A stretch of DNA of 64,000 nucleotides, taken from assembly GCA_016234365.1 (NCBI GenBank), contig JACRER010000080.1, positions 2,619 through 66,618 on the forward strand, read 5' to 3'. The notes under the pieces are model-generated. The model ran no database searches. It saw nothing but the letters and a program-made list of their open reading frames with translations, and had not been told where the DNA came from. Positions 18,478 to 27,900 of this stretch are shown one piece after another. Origin of the DNA: Elusimicrobiota bacterium. Its GTDB lineage: Bacteria > Elusimicrobiota > Elusimicrobia > Elusimicrobiales > UBA9959. The stretch's first letter is position 1, and each line of letters begins with the position of its first letter. Position numbers and translations under genes: made by a program.

Positions 18478-19992
18478 GTGACTACTTCCAACGAACCTTC
18501 AACTGCGTCCGATCCCGCCATCATTACGGGCGGCATGGGCGTGCGCGTTTCCTGGTGGGTGATGTCCAGGATAGTTTCCCTGATGGGGGGGCTGGGCGTG
18601 GTGTCCGGCACGGGGCTGGAGATAGTTTATCCGCGCCTGCTGCAGGACGGCGACCCGGGCGGCAACGTGCGGCGGGCTTTCACGGAATTGGTCCGCAGGC
18701 AGCCGGCGCTGGCCGGCCCCGTCTGGGAGATCTTCAATAACTATTACATCGAGGGCGGCCGCGCCCCGGGTACGCCTTACAAGGCGGTGCCGCCCTGCCG
18801 CTTCAACCGCATAGACGATTTCCGCCCAGGTCCCGATTCTTTCTGGGAACTGCCGCGCGAGATGCAGGTGCTGGTGATGGCGGCTAACTTCGCGGAGGTC
18901 TGGCTGGCCAAGGAAGGGCATGACAGGCCGGTGGGCATAAATTTCCTGCGCAAGGTGGAGCGCCCGCTGCCGTGGGCCCTGTACGGCGCGATACTGGCCG
19001 GGGCGGCCTACGTGCTGGTGGGGGCCGGCAGCCCGGACGAACTCCCGGCCATGATAGAAAAACTTTCGCGCCACGAACCCGCGGCCATGTCTTTCAAGGT
19101 GTACAACACCAAATCCGACTCCGGTAATTTCTATGCGGCGGTGCGGCCTGGGGAATTGAACACCGCCGGGGCGGCGCTGCCGGCGCCCAAGTTCCTGGCG
19201 ATAGTTTCCTCTTTCGGCCTCGCCAAAGCCCTGGCCGAGGATCCCGTTACCAGGCCTTACGGCTTTGTGGTGGAAAGTTCGGAAGCCGGCGGCCACAGCG
19301 TGGCCCCGTCCAAAGCCTGCTTCGACGCCGACGGCAAACAACGGCTGGTCTACACCGACGCCGATAAAATAGACGTGGCAGCCATAGCCGGGCTCGGCCT
19401 GCCTTTCTGGCTGGCCGGCGCTTACGCGAGCCCCGAGGGGCTGGCCTCGGCGCGCGCCAAGGGCGCCGCGGGGATACAGGTGGGAACGCTGGCCGCGCTC
19501 TCGTCCCAGTCGGGCCTGACGCCGGAACTCCGGGCGCGTGTGCTTAAGCTGCTTGCCGCCGGAAAGCTCAGGATAGAGAACGTAATGGTTTCCCCTACCG
19601 GGTTCCCCTTTAAGGTGGCGCAGGTTCCCGGCACCGTTTCCGAAGAAAGCGTATATAACGCGCGCCCACGCGTCTGCGATGTGGGCCTGCTGCAGGCCGC
19701 TTACCTTAAGCCGGACGGGCAGCTGGGCTACCGCTGCCCCGCCGAACCCGTTGAGATCTTTACGGCCAAGGGCGGCCGCCGGCAGAATACGGAAGGCCGC
19801 GCCTGCCTGTGCAACGCGCTGTTGGCCGCCGCGGGCGTGCCGCAGATCCGCCAGGGCGGCTACGTGGAGCCGCCCATAGTTACGCTGGGCGAGAACCTGG
19901 ATTCCGCCCGCGCGCTGCTGGCCGGCCTGCCGGAAGGGCACGAGAGCTACACCATAGGAAAAGCGCTGGGTTACCTGCGCAAAGCGGCTTAA
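18478..19992 (+). CDS. NMO/FabK/PfaD-like FMN-dependent TIM-barrel oxidoreductase (long form, 504 aa)
   Basis: GTG start with an AGGAG Shine-Dalgarno upstream. Motifs seen: PAIITGGMGVRVS...LGVVSG, ESSEAGGHS, PFWLAGAYASPEGLASARAKGAAGIQVGT. These resemble nitronate monooxygenase / enoyl reductase family signatures. Confidence 0.65.
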   Translation: MTTSNEPSTASDPAIITGGMGVRVSWWVMSRIVSLMGGLGVVSGTGLEIVYPRLLQDGDPGGNVRRAFTELVRRQPALAGPVWEIFNNYYIEGGRAPGTPYKAVPPCRFNRIDDFRPGPDSFWELPREMQVLVMAANFAEVWLAKEGHDRPVGINFLRKVERPLPWALYGAILAGAAYVLVGAGSPDELPAMIEKLSRHEPAAMSFKVYNTKSDSGNFYAAVRPGELNTAGAALPAPKFLAIVSSFGLAKALAEDPVTRPYGFVVESSEAGGHSVAPSKACFDADGKQRLVYTDADKIDVAAIAGLGLPFWLAGAYASPEGLASARAKGAAGIQVGTLAALSSQSGLTPELRARVLKLLAAGKLRIENVMVSPTGFPFKVAQVPGTVSEESVYNARPRVCDVGLLQAAYLKPDGQLGYRCPAEPVEIFTAKGGRRQNTEGRACLCNALLAAAGVPQIRQGGYVEPPIVTLGENLDSARALLAGLPEGHESYTIGKALGYLRKAA

Positions 19993-20016
19993 TAGCCGTC
20001 CCTGTCGGCGGCTGCA

Positions 20017-20051
20017 AAATAAAAAAGCCGGGGAGTTTCCCCGGCTTTTTT
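20017..20051. terminator. bidirectional intrinsic terminator
   Basis: aaaataaaaaaGCCGGGGagtttCCCCGGCtttttt lies between the convergent NMO-like and DUF4105-like genes. Confidence 0.85.
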
Positions 20052-20064
20052 GCGTCCCGCGGAC

Positions 20065-21165
20065 CTAGGGGATGAGCGTGTGCAGGGTGCCGGAGTTGAT
20101 GTCCGTGAATTCTGCGCCCAGCAGGCCGCGCTTCTGCAGATCCGTGATGACCATCAGCGGCATGGTCGCCTTGACGTTGTAGACCATGTAGGGGATGGCC
20201 CACATCTTTATCTGATTCTCCTTGGGGAGAACGCGGTTGAGCAGGATGAGCAGGTTGTTGGTGCAGTTGTTCTTTATGGTGTTGTAGAACTCGCCCTCGC
20301 GGTCCACCGCGGCCTGCGTCATGGATTCCTGCAGCAGCTGGACCTTCTGCGCGTGCGTGAGCTGCACCGGGTAGGGGACCAGGTGGCCCTTCTCGTGGTA
20401 GATGGTGCGGGCGGCGTATTCTTCCCAGGTGGAGAGGGACCAGATGATGCCGAAGGAATTGCGCAGGCCGGTCAGGGGGGAGAAGCTCTGGCCCACGCGG
20501 GTCTTGCCCTCTATGCTCAGGGCCAGCGCCATCGGTTCCTTGCCCTGCGCGTCCTTCAGGCCGCCTTTTTCGAAAGTGAAGACGAAGAAGGAATGCGCCG
20601 CCACAACTTCCGGCTTGAACGGTTTCTTGATGAAATAGACGTTCTTTATCAGTTCCGGCTTCAGCGTCATCGAGGTCCATTCGTAGGCGGTCTCCGAAGG
20701 AACTTCCATGGAAGCCGTGCGCACGTTGCCCATCACCAGTTCGCCGGTCTTATTCCCGATAATGGTGGCCTGGCGGCGGCGGGGCTGGTAGGCCGGAGGG
20801 GTTACCTCGCCGGCCTTGGGGGTGTACTCCGAGATCTTGGCGACTTTCAGTACCGAAAGATCGTCCGACTGGCGGGCCTGGGCTTCCAGTACCACGGTCT
20901 TGCCCTCGAAAACGGCCGCCTTTTTAGCGGCCAGGTCCAGCTTGAAGAGCTGGCCCTCCACCGTGTTGATGAAGACGCCGCCTTCGTTGACCGAAATTAC
21001 GCCTTTGAGCGAATAGTTCACTCCCCAGCTCTTATCGGCCGGCAGGCCCGCGCCGGGCAACTGCGAGATCTGCGCGGCGTCTATGCTTTCAAGTTCCGAA
21101 AAATTCTGGGCGGCGGACGGGGAAGCCAGCAACAGCAGGGCGAAGGGGAGGGTCTTTAGTATCAT
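20065..21165 (-). CDS. secreted DUF4105-like (Lnb N-terminal periplasmic domain-like) protein
   Basis: ORF trimmed to MILKTLPFALLLLASPSAAQ at 21165. The C-terminal region has an NNCTNNLLILLN motif reminiscent of the conserved NCT motif of DUF4105. Confidence 0.55.
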   Translation of the reverse strand: MILKTLPFALLLLASPSAAQNFSELESIDAAQISQLPGAGLPADKSWGVNYSLKGVISVNEGGVFINTVEGQLFKLDLAAKKAAVFEGKTVVLEAQARQSDDLSVLKVAKISEYTPKAGEVTPPAYQPRRRQATIIGNKTGELVMGNVRTASMEVPSETAYEWTSMTLKPELIKNVYFIKKPFKPEVVAAHSFFVFTFEKGGLKDAQGKEPMALALSIEGKTRVGQSFSPLTGLRNSFGIIWSLSTWEEYAARTIYHEKGHLVPYPVQLTHAQKVQLLQESMTQAAVDREGEFYNTIKNNCTNNLLILLNRVLPKENQIKMWAIPYMVYNVKATMPLMVITDLQKRGLLGAEFTDINSGTLHTLIP

Positions 21166-21306
21166 ACATATATGATACCCTCCCGCCGGGGTTCCTTTAA
21201 GGTGCCAAGGTCCCTGTTTGCGGCGGCAATGTTCCCAGGCCCGGGTAGGCCCTTTGGGAATGAAATTAATATAATCTATTCCATAGGACATTGCCCGGAG
21301 GCCGAT

Positions 21307-22512
21307 ATGAGCATTTTCTCAAAAACACAGCTTGAAAAATACGCCGACACCCTGGTGTGGGGGCTTACCACCGCCCGCACCAAGCCCTTTAAAAAATACG
21401 ACGTGGTGCTGCTGCGCTGCGACCTGGAAGCCCGCGAACTGGGCGAACTGGTGCACCGCAAACTGGTACAGCGCCGCTTCAACGTGACGGTCAGCTTCCT
21501 GCCCAGCCCCGTCATAGAGAAGGATTTCTACCAGTTCTCGGACGACAAACAGCGCGCCTTCCTGTCCTCCTGGGACCGCGAGATGTACAACAACCTTAAC
21601 GGCTACGTGTTCATCCACGCGCCGGCCTCGCTCACCCACCTCAAGGACATAGACACCAAGCGCCAGTCGCAGGTGGCCATAGCCAAAAAGCCGCTGTTCG
21701 CCATACGCAATAAACGCGAGGAGCAGGGGCAGTTCGCCTGGACGCTGTGCACCTATCCCACGCCGGAGTTGGCCAAACAGGCTAAGCTCTCAGTGAAAGA
21801 ATACGCGGACCAGATAGCCAAGGCCTGCTACCTCAACGAACCCTCCCCCGTGAAGAAATGGAACCAGGTTTACAAGCAGGTGACGGCCATAAAGAAATGG
21901 CTGGGCGCGCTGAACATGGAAGTCATCCTCACCGAATCGGCCTCTATGGACCTCGAGGTGAAGCTCGGCGAGAAGCGCCGTTTCCTGGGCATCAGCGGCC
22001 ACAACATCCCTTCGTTCGAGATCTTCACCTCGCCCGACTGGCGCGGTACGCGCGGCACCTATTACGCCAACCTGCCGGCCTTCCGCGGCGGCAACTACGT
22101 GGAGAAGATAAAACTGGAGTTCAAGGACGGCCGCGCCGTCAGGATCTCCGCCGCCAAAGGCCAGGACTATGTAAAGAAGATCATGGCCACCGACAAGGGC
22201 GCCAGCCAGCTCGGCGAGTACTCGCTCACCGACCGCCGCTTCTCCAGGATCGACCGCTTCATGGCGGACACGCTGTTCGACGAGAACCACGGCGGGCGCC
22301 ACGGCAACTGCCACGTGGCCATAGGCAATTCCTACACGGACACCTATACCGGCGACGTCTCGAAGCTCAACGAAGCGCTTAAGAAGAAACTGGGCTACAA
22401 CGACTCCGCGGTGCACTGGGACCTGATCAACACCGAGGACAAGAAAGTGACCGCCACCCTGAAGAACGGCAAAAAGGTCACCATCTACGAGAAAGGCCAG
22501 TTCAGGTACTAG
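21307..22512 (+). CDS. aminopeptidase, peptidase M29 (AmpS/PepS) family
   Basis: ORF trimmed to MSIFSKTQLEKYADTLVWGL at 21307. C-terminal FEIFTSPDWRGTRGTYY...LGEYSLTD...LFDENHGGRHGNCHVAIGNSY is typical of M29 thermophilic metalloaminopeptidases. Confidence 0.8.
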   Translation: MSIFSKTQLEKYADTLVWGLTTARTKPFKKYDVVLLRCDLEARELGELVHRKLVQRRFNVTVSFLPSPVIEKDFYQFSDDKQRAFLSSWDREMYNNLNGYVFIHAPASLTHLKDIDTKRQSQVAIAKKPLFAIRNKREEQGQFAWTLCTYPTPELAKQAKLSVKEYADQIAKACYLNEPSPVKKWNQVYKQVTAIKKWLGALNMEVILTESASMDLEVKLGEKRRFLGISGHNIPSFEIFTSPDWRGTRGTYYANLPAFRGGNYVEKIKLEFKDGRAVRISAAKGQDYVKKIMATDKGASQLGEYSLTDRRFSRIDRFMADTLFDENHGGRHGNCHVAIGNSYTDTYTGDVSKLNEALKKKLGYNDSAVHWDLINTEDKKVTATLKNGKKVTIYEKGQFRY

Positions 22513-22539
22513 GGGACGCTGATGACTATATGACTATTC
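22512..22539 (+). repeat. REP-like element, left arm (ggggacgctgatgactatatgactattc)
   Basis: Perfect 28-nt inverted partner at 22596-22623. It shares the head GGGGACGCTGA with the RAYT-flanking REPs. Its first G is the last base of the aminopeptidase TAG stop. Confidence 0.8.
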
Positions 22540-22580
22540 CGGGCCGGCAGTCGGGATGTGAATAGCGCAATAGTCGCGGA

Positions 22581-22628
22581 GGGGGCGCTGATGACGAATA
22601 GTCATATAGTCATCAGCGTCCCCTTTTT
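22581..22628 (+). terminator. intrinsic terminator built from the REP-like arm
   Basis: GGGGGCGCTGATGAC (22581-22595) pairs with GTCATCAGCGTCCCC (22609-22623) with 1 mismatch, followed by TTTTT. It lies downstream of the M29 aminopeptidase gene. Confidence 0.7.
22596..22623 (-). repeat. REP-like element, right arm (inverted)
   Basis: Exact reverse complement of 22512-22539. Confidence 0.8.
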
Positions 22629-22643
22629 GCGATAATAAAAACA

Positions 22644-23894
22644 ATGAGCACACTTCTTGAGGCGTTAAAGACGGAGCGCGGCCGGCACGTGGCCGCTGCG
22701 GTATTCCTGGCGGGTTTGTCCGCCATGTTCCTGTTCTGCGGCTACGAGTTCGTACGATCCCCGGTAGAGGCCATCTTCATGGACCGCGTCGGCGCGGAAT
22801 ATAAACCCTACGCCATAGCGTGCGTGCCGGTAATGATGGGCGTGATGATCTATGGTTACGGACGCCTGCTTTCCGCCGTCGGCGCTAAAAAAGCCATGGC
22901 CGCCTCCATGCTGGGCAGCGCGGTTTTCTTCGCGCTGGCCTGGACCATGCTGGGCGCCGCCGGCCGCTGGCTGGCGTTCCTGCTGCTGGTGTTCAAGGAA
23001 TCCTACGTGGTGATAATCTCCGAGCAGTACTGGTCCTTCATCAACAGCGTGCTCAAGGATGACGAGGGAAAGGTCTTTAACGGGCCGGTGGCGGGCTTGG
23101 GCGCGCTCGGGTCGCTCGTGGGCGGGTGGACGCTGAGCCGTTACGTGATGAACCTGGGCACGGACAAATTCCTGCTTTTCGGCGCGGTCATAATAATCCC
23201 GGCGCTGCTGCTGTTCTGGAACGCCTGCGAAAAGGCCGGGGAGCCCAAGCCGGCGGCCGACGAGGCCGGCGGCCGGAAAGGGCACCTGCACCTGAGCATC
23301 CTTATGGAGAACCGCACGGTGCTGTTCATCGCCTTCATCATCTTCTCCGCGCAGGTGGTGGCTACCGCGCTGGACCTGCGCTGGACCCAGCTGGTGCAGG
23401 ATTTTATCCCGCTCAAGGACGCGCGCACGGCCTATATGAGCCAGTTCTGGATGAACGTGAATATTTTCTCGTTCTCCATGCAGTTCCTGCTGACGCCGCT
23501 GCTGCTGCGCTATATCCCGCGCCGCGGCATCCTTACCTCCATCCCGGCGGTGCACATAGCCACGTGCGCGCTGCTGTTCTTCTACCCGTCGCTGGCGCTG
23601 GCGTCGGGGGCGTTCCTGCTGTTCAAAGGCATGGACTATTCCATCTTCCGCGCTTCAAAGGAGACGCTCTACATCCCGTTCTCCTACGACACGCGCTACC
23701 GCGCCAAGCAGGTGGCCGACGCGTTCACGTACCGTTTCGCCAAGGGTGTAACGGGCACGTGGATCTCGGCTATGAAGGCGGCGGGCGCCATGGTGGCGCC
23801 CACCTTCTACCCGGCGCTGGGCGTGGTGTTCTCCGGGGCGTGGCTGGCCATGTCCTTCCCGCTTACCGCCAAACGCGAACAACCCGCCGGCTGA
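22644..23894 (+). CDS. MFS-type transporter, TLC (ATP/ADP antiporter)-like family
   Basis: A 416-aa polytopic membrane protein with about 11-12 helices. The segment FKESYVVIISEQYWSFINSVLKDDEGKVFNGPVAGLGALGSLVGG resembles the ElWgs..FWsfaN...eAKR.Y region of TLC/Npt-like carriers. Confidence 0.5.
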   Translation: MSTLLEALKTERGRHVAAAVFLAGLSAMFLFCGYEFVRSPVEAIFMDRVGAEYKPYAIACVPVMMGVMIYGYGRLLSAVGAKKAMAASMLGSAVFFALAWTMLGAAGRWLAFLLLVFKESYVVIISEQYWSFINSVLKDDEGKVFNGPVAGLGALGSLVGGWTLSRYVMNLGTDKFLLFGAVIIIPALLLFWNACEKAGEPKPAADEAGGRKGHLHLSILMENRTVLFIAFIIFSAQVVATALDLRWTQLVQDFIPLKDARTAYMSQFWMNVNIFSFSMQFLLTPLLLRYIPRRGILTSIPAVHIATCALLFFYPSLALASGAFLLFKGMDYSIFRASKETLYIPFSYDTRYRAKQVADAFTYRFAKGVTGTWISAMKAAGAMVAPTFYPALGVVFSGAWLAMSFPLTAKREQPAG

Positions 23895-23907
23895 CCCCGG
23901 CGCCGCA

Positions 23908-23944
23908 AATAAAAAAGCCCGGCTGGACCGGGCTTTTTTATTTA
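23908..23944. terminator. bidirectional intrinsic terminator
   Basis: aaataaaaaaGCCCGGctggaCCGGGCtttttta lies between the convergent transporter and PorV-like genes. Confidence 0.85.
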
Positions 23945-23955
23945 TGCGGGGCGGA

Positions 23956-24936
23956 TCAGAAAACTATGCCGGCCGAGATGCGGTGCACTATGCCCAGGTC
24001 GCCGAAGGGGGAGAAAGCGTAGTCCAGGTTGTAACTGCCAAAGCGCATTCCAGCGCCCAGCGCCACGTTGCGCGTGCCGCTCAGCTCGCCCAGCGCCCGG
24101 GTGTTGAAGCCCGCGCGCAGGAAGACGTCCATGGACGGCCCGGCGGTGATGCGCCCCTCGCCGCCCATGGCAAGGAAAGGCAGGTTGTCGCGCGCGCCCA
24201 CTATGTCGGCCGTCAGGTTGAAATGGTCGCCAAGCCTGGTAACGCTGCCCACGCGCAGGATGAGCGGCAGCGGCGCCTCTTCCTTGTCGTAGCGCAGCGT
24301 TCCCATGATGTTCTGCGCGGACACGGACATCCGGAAATTATTGTCGAACATGTATGGGAAGTTAAGGCCGATGTCCGCGGAGACCGTGTTATCGGCGGAG
24401 ATTATCTTGGAGCGCACGAACTTGCCCGTGGCGCCCAGCACAAAGCGCTCCTGCGGGTCTTTGTTGAAGCCGGTGACATAGCAGGCAAAGCCCACGTTGA
24501 TCGCCGTGTCGTAAGGGGTGAAAGCCCCCAGCTCGAAGCCGCTGGAATCCGTCTGGCTGATCCTGCCGAAATTCATGTACTTGGCCGAGACGCCCCAGGA
24601 GCCCACTTCGCCGGCGCTTTCCGCGTAGGCGAAGTAATCGGCGTAGGTGCCGGCCAGGTAGGGCGAGTGCATGAAAACCATGGAGTTGGTCTTGATGTTG
24701 ATGAGGCCCGCGGGATTCCAGTCCAGCGCGAAAGCGTCGTCGACCAGAGCCGAGTAAGCCTCTCCAAGGGCCGCGCCGCGCGCCCCGGAGGCGATCTTCA
24801 GGAACTGCGCGGAGGCCGTGCCGGCCGAGGCCGTGTCGAACCCCTGCGCCGCAGCACCCCCGGCCAGCAGGGAGCAAAGCAGCAGCGCCGGCGCCGAAGC
24901 CGCTTTCAGGATGCTTTGCACGCTCCTCTTGCTCAT
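23956..24936 (-). CDS. PorV/PorQ-like outer-membrane beta-barrel protein
   Basis: A signal peptide followed by the hallmark N-terminal block SAQFLKIASGARGAALGEAYSALVDDAFALDWNPAGL. Beta-strand-like alternation continues to a C-terminal aromatic residue (GIVF). It starts 10 nt after the stop of the Fn3/CTD giant. Confidence 0.65.
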   Translation of the reverse strand: MSKRSVQSILKAASAPALLLCSLLAGGAAAQGFDTASAGTASAQFLKIASGARGAALGEAYSALVDDAFALDWNPAGLINIKTNSMVFMHSPYLAGTYADYFAYAESAGEVGSWGVSAKYMNFGRISQTDSSGFELGAFTPYDTAINVGFACYVTGFNKDPQERFVLGATGKFVRSKIISADNTVSADIGLNFPYMFDNNFRMSVSAQNIMGTLRYDKEEAPLPLILRVGSVTRLGDHFNLTADIVGARDNLPFLAMGGEGRITAGPSMDVFLRAGFNTRALGELSGTRNVALGAGMRFGSYNLDYAFSPFGDLGIVHRISAGIVF

Positions 24937-24946
24937 AAATTCCGCG

Positions 24947-27900
24947 TCAGCGCTCCACCGCCACTTTGAAGCTCTTGCCGTTCTTTTTGTCCGCAGTCTG
25001 GATGAAAGCTATGTAAACGCCGCTCGCGGCCTTGCGGCCGTCGGAGTTGAGGCCGTCCCAATGGGCCATGCCGTTGCCGTCGGCCTTCAGGTCGCGCACA
25101 AGTTCTCCAAGGAAGGTGTAGATCTTGACCTTCGCGCCCGGGGTCATGTTGGTGAAATGCATCACGTCGGATACCGAGTTGGGCCTGTAAGGGTTGGGGT
25201 AGATCTTGACGTTGGACAGACCCGCCTCGGAAGTCGCCTGCATGATCTGGAAGGTGGACAGGTGCCAGGTCTGGCCTATCACGCGGTCGTTGGCCATGTC
25301 GGAGACCGACGGCAGCGGCACCCAGACCGAGTGGACTTCGTCGTAAAGGGCCAGGATCAGCTTGGAGCGGTCCGTTCCGGAGGGAAGGTCCGACCGGCGG
25401 TACGGCAGGGTTATCGTTATGGCGTCCAGTACCAGCGTTGGCGGGAAATGGGTGACCGAGAGGCCTATGCCGGTGGGGGACAGAACGGAGACCGCGGAGA
25501 GCGGCGCCGCGAAGGAGGAGACCGGCTGCAGCAGCAGCCTGGTGGAACTGCCTATGGAACCGCGCGGCATACGCACCGAGATCAGGCCGTAGGAGGTCTG
25601 CAGCGAGATGGTGTTATCCTGTCCGGATACGGCGTTGAGCTGCGAAGAGAGCAGCGTCCTGGTGGAGCCGGCGTCGACGTAAACTGAAAGAACTCCGGTC
25701 TGGCCGCGCGCCTGGAGGCGGGCGAAGTAAGTGGTATCTATCTGCAGGTCGCGGAAGGAGGCGGAAAGCGCGCGCACCGTAAGCGAGGAATTCATGGTGG
25801 AGAAATCCGACATGGTGGACAGCAGCACGTTGTACCAGGTGTGCGAGGAGTTGTTGTTGTCCGCCCAGTTGACGGTGAAGCCGTCCGTCAGAGCTCCGGA
25901 GAAGCCCTGCGCCGGAGGCAGGACGTAAGCCGTAGCGGGAAGCGTGAGCGCGGCTCCCAGGTCTACGGGCGGGTCCGTGGGCACTCCGGTCAGGTTGAGG
26001 GCGGAGACGCGCATGTAGTAACTGGCGTTGGAGACCATGCCGGTGAAGCCGGCGTAAAGGTTGAGCGTGATGGAGGACAGCACCGTAGCGGAGAAGTCGG
26101 TGTTGGAGGAGATCTGCGCGCGGTACCAGGTGTTGGCCGGGTTCGTGCCCGGCAGCCAGTTGGCCGTCATGGAGGAGACGCCCACGTCAGAGAAATTGTC
26201 GAAGGCCGGGTGGAAGGCGCCGGTTGCCATGGACGAGAAGACCACCGTGGGGGCGGGGCGGTTGAAGCGGTTGTAGGCGGTCACCACCGGGTAGTAGGTG
26301 GTGTTGGGGACGAGAGCCGAGAAAGTGGCCGAAGACAGCGCCGTGGCCGAGGAATGGACCGGCGCAGAGAAATCCGAGTTGGAGGAGATGGTCACCAGGT
26401 AGACCGTGTCCGGCGGGTTGGAGTTGGGCAGCCAGGTCAGGTTCATGGTGAACGGCGTTATATAGGTGGCCTGCGGCGTGGGCGGATTGGCCAGGGTGGC
26501 GGTAGCGGGGACCACGGAATAGTTGGCGTTCCCGGCGGAGTTGAGCGAGCCGGCCCGCAGGTAATAAGTGGTGTTGGGCGAGAGGCCCTGCAGCGTGAGG
26601 CGGGAGGCGGTGGAAAGCGCGCTCTGCGAAGAGAACAGCACGGTGGTGAAGGCCGAGGTCGTGGCCGCCTCCAGCACATAGGCGGCGGCGGTCAGTTTCT
26701 GCGGGCTGTCGGCCAGCGTGGCCCAGGACATGGTGATGCTGGAATAATGGACGCCGGGGAACGGCGGCGAATCCGGCATCAGGGGGAGCGGCAGCGTAGA
26801 CATGTAGGCGGGGGAGGTATTGGCGTAGACGGTGGTTCCGCCGTAGAGGCCGCCGGCCCGGAAGTAGTATTTGGTGTTCTCGTCCAGGCCGGAGATGGTG
26901 AGCGTGGTCAGGGCCACGCTGGTCGTGGCCGAACTGCGGCTGACAACGTCGAAGAACTGGTAGGTAGAGGCCTCCACCATGTAGCTGTCGCCGCCGGCTA
27001 CGGCGCTGAAATAGATAGTGGCGCTGGACTGCCAGACCTGGCCCATGGCCGGGCCGGCCGGGGCCGGGGGCAGGGCGGTGCGCGTAAGCGTCAGCGCGGA
27101 GTAGTTGGGCGTGCCGTCCCAGTTAAGCGTTGCGAGGCGCATGTGGTAATCGGTGTTCTGTTTCAGGCCGCCTATGGCCAGCGCTCCCGCCTGCGGGTCC
27201 GCGGTGACCGAGGAGAGTACCACGCCCCCGGCCCCGAACGCGGCCGTGGAAGCCTCCAGGCGGTAGCCCTCGCAGGTGGATCTCTGCGGTGCGGCGGGCA
27301 GCGGGTAGATGAAGACGGTAATGACTTCCGGCTCGGGGATTATGGTAGCCAGATTGGCCGAGGGCGGGCTGGCCAGCGTGATCGAGGTTATGGCCGCGGT
27401 ATAGTTGGCGGTGTAGGCGAGGTTTATGGAGGAGGTCCTGAAATAATACGTGGTGTTCGCGTCCAGGCCGGCTACGGTCAGGGAGTTATCCGCCATGTCG
27501 TAGGTGGTGGAGGACAGCGCCGCCTGCGCGCCCGTGAAGGCGCCCGTGGAGGCCTCCAGCCGGTAGGCCAGGGCGTCGCCCGGGGTCAGCGCGGTCCAGG
27601 CCAGGCCGGCCGCGCCTTCGGTGACGGATTGCAGCGAAAGAGAGGTTATCTTGGAGGCCAGCGTGGTGAAACTGCGGGTTTCCGAAAGGTTGCTGGCGAA
27701 GTTCCAGTTGAGGGTGCCGATGCGGTAATAGTAGGTGGTGTTGAAATCGAGCGGGGACAGGTCGACGGCGGCCGAGGCCGGTACGGCCGTCTCCCAGTAG
27801 GTGCTGGTGGGGGAGATCAGGTCGGAAGCGGTGGTGGCGACGTGGAGGCGGTAGCCTTCTGCCTGCTCGGCCTGCGTCGGGCCGTTGACGGCGGCCCAGG

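Noticed and set aside
20065-21291. N-terminal extensions offered by the ORF track for many genes. Examples: 216..1787, 2170..3087, 2889..4565, 15689..18427, 20065..21291, 21172..22512, 29681..30973, 32478..33512, 43995..44594, 44462..45823, 49531..50793, 50685..51740, 58281..59351, 60171..60959.
   Set aside because: In each case an internal Met begins a signal peptide, or begins a sequence matching the known family N-terminus. The extension is Arg/Pro/Gly-rich and overlaps the upstream gene or a promoter region. I trimmed these genes to the internal starts.
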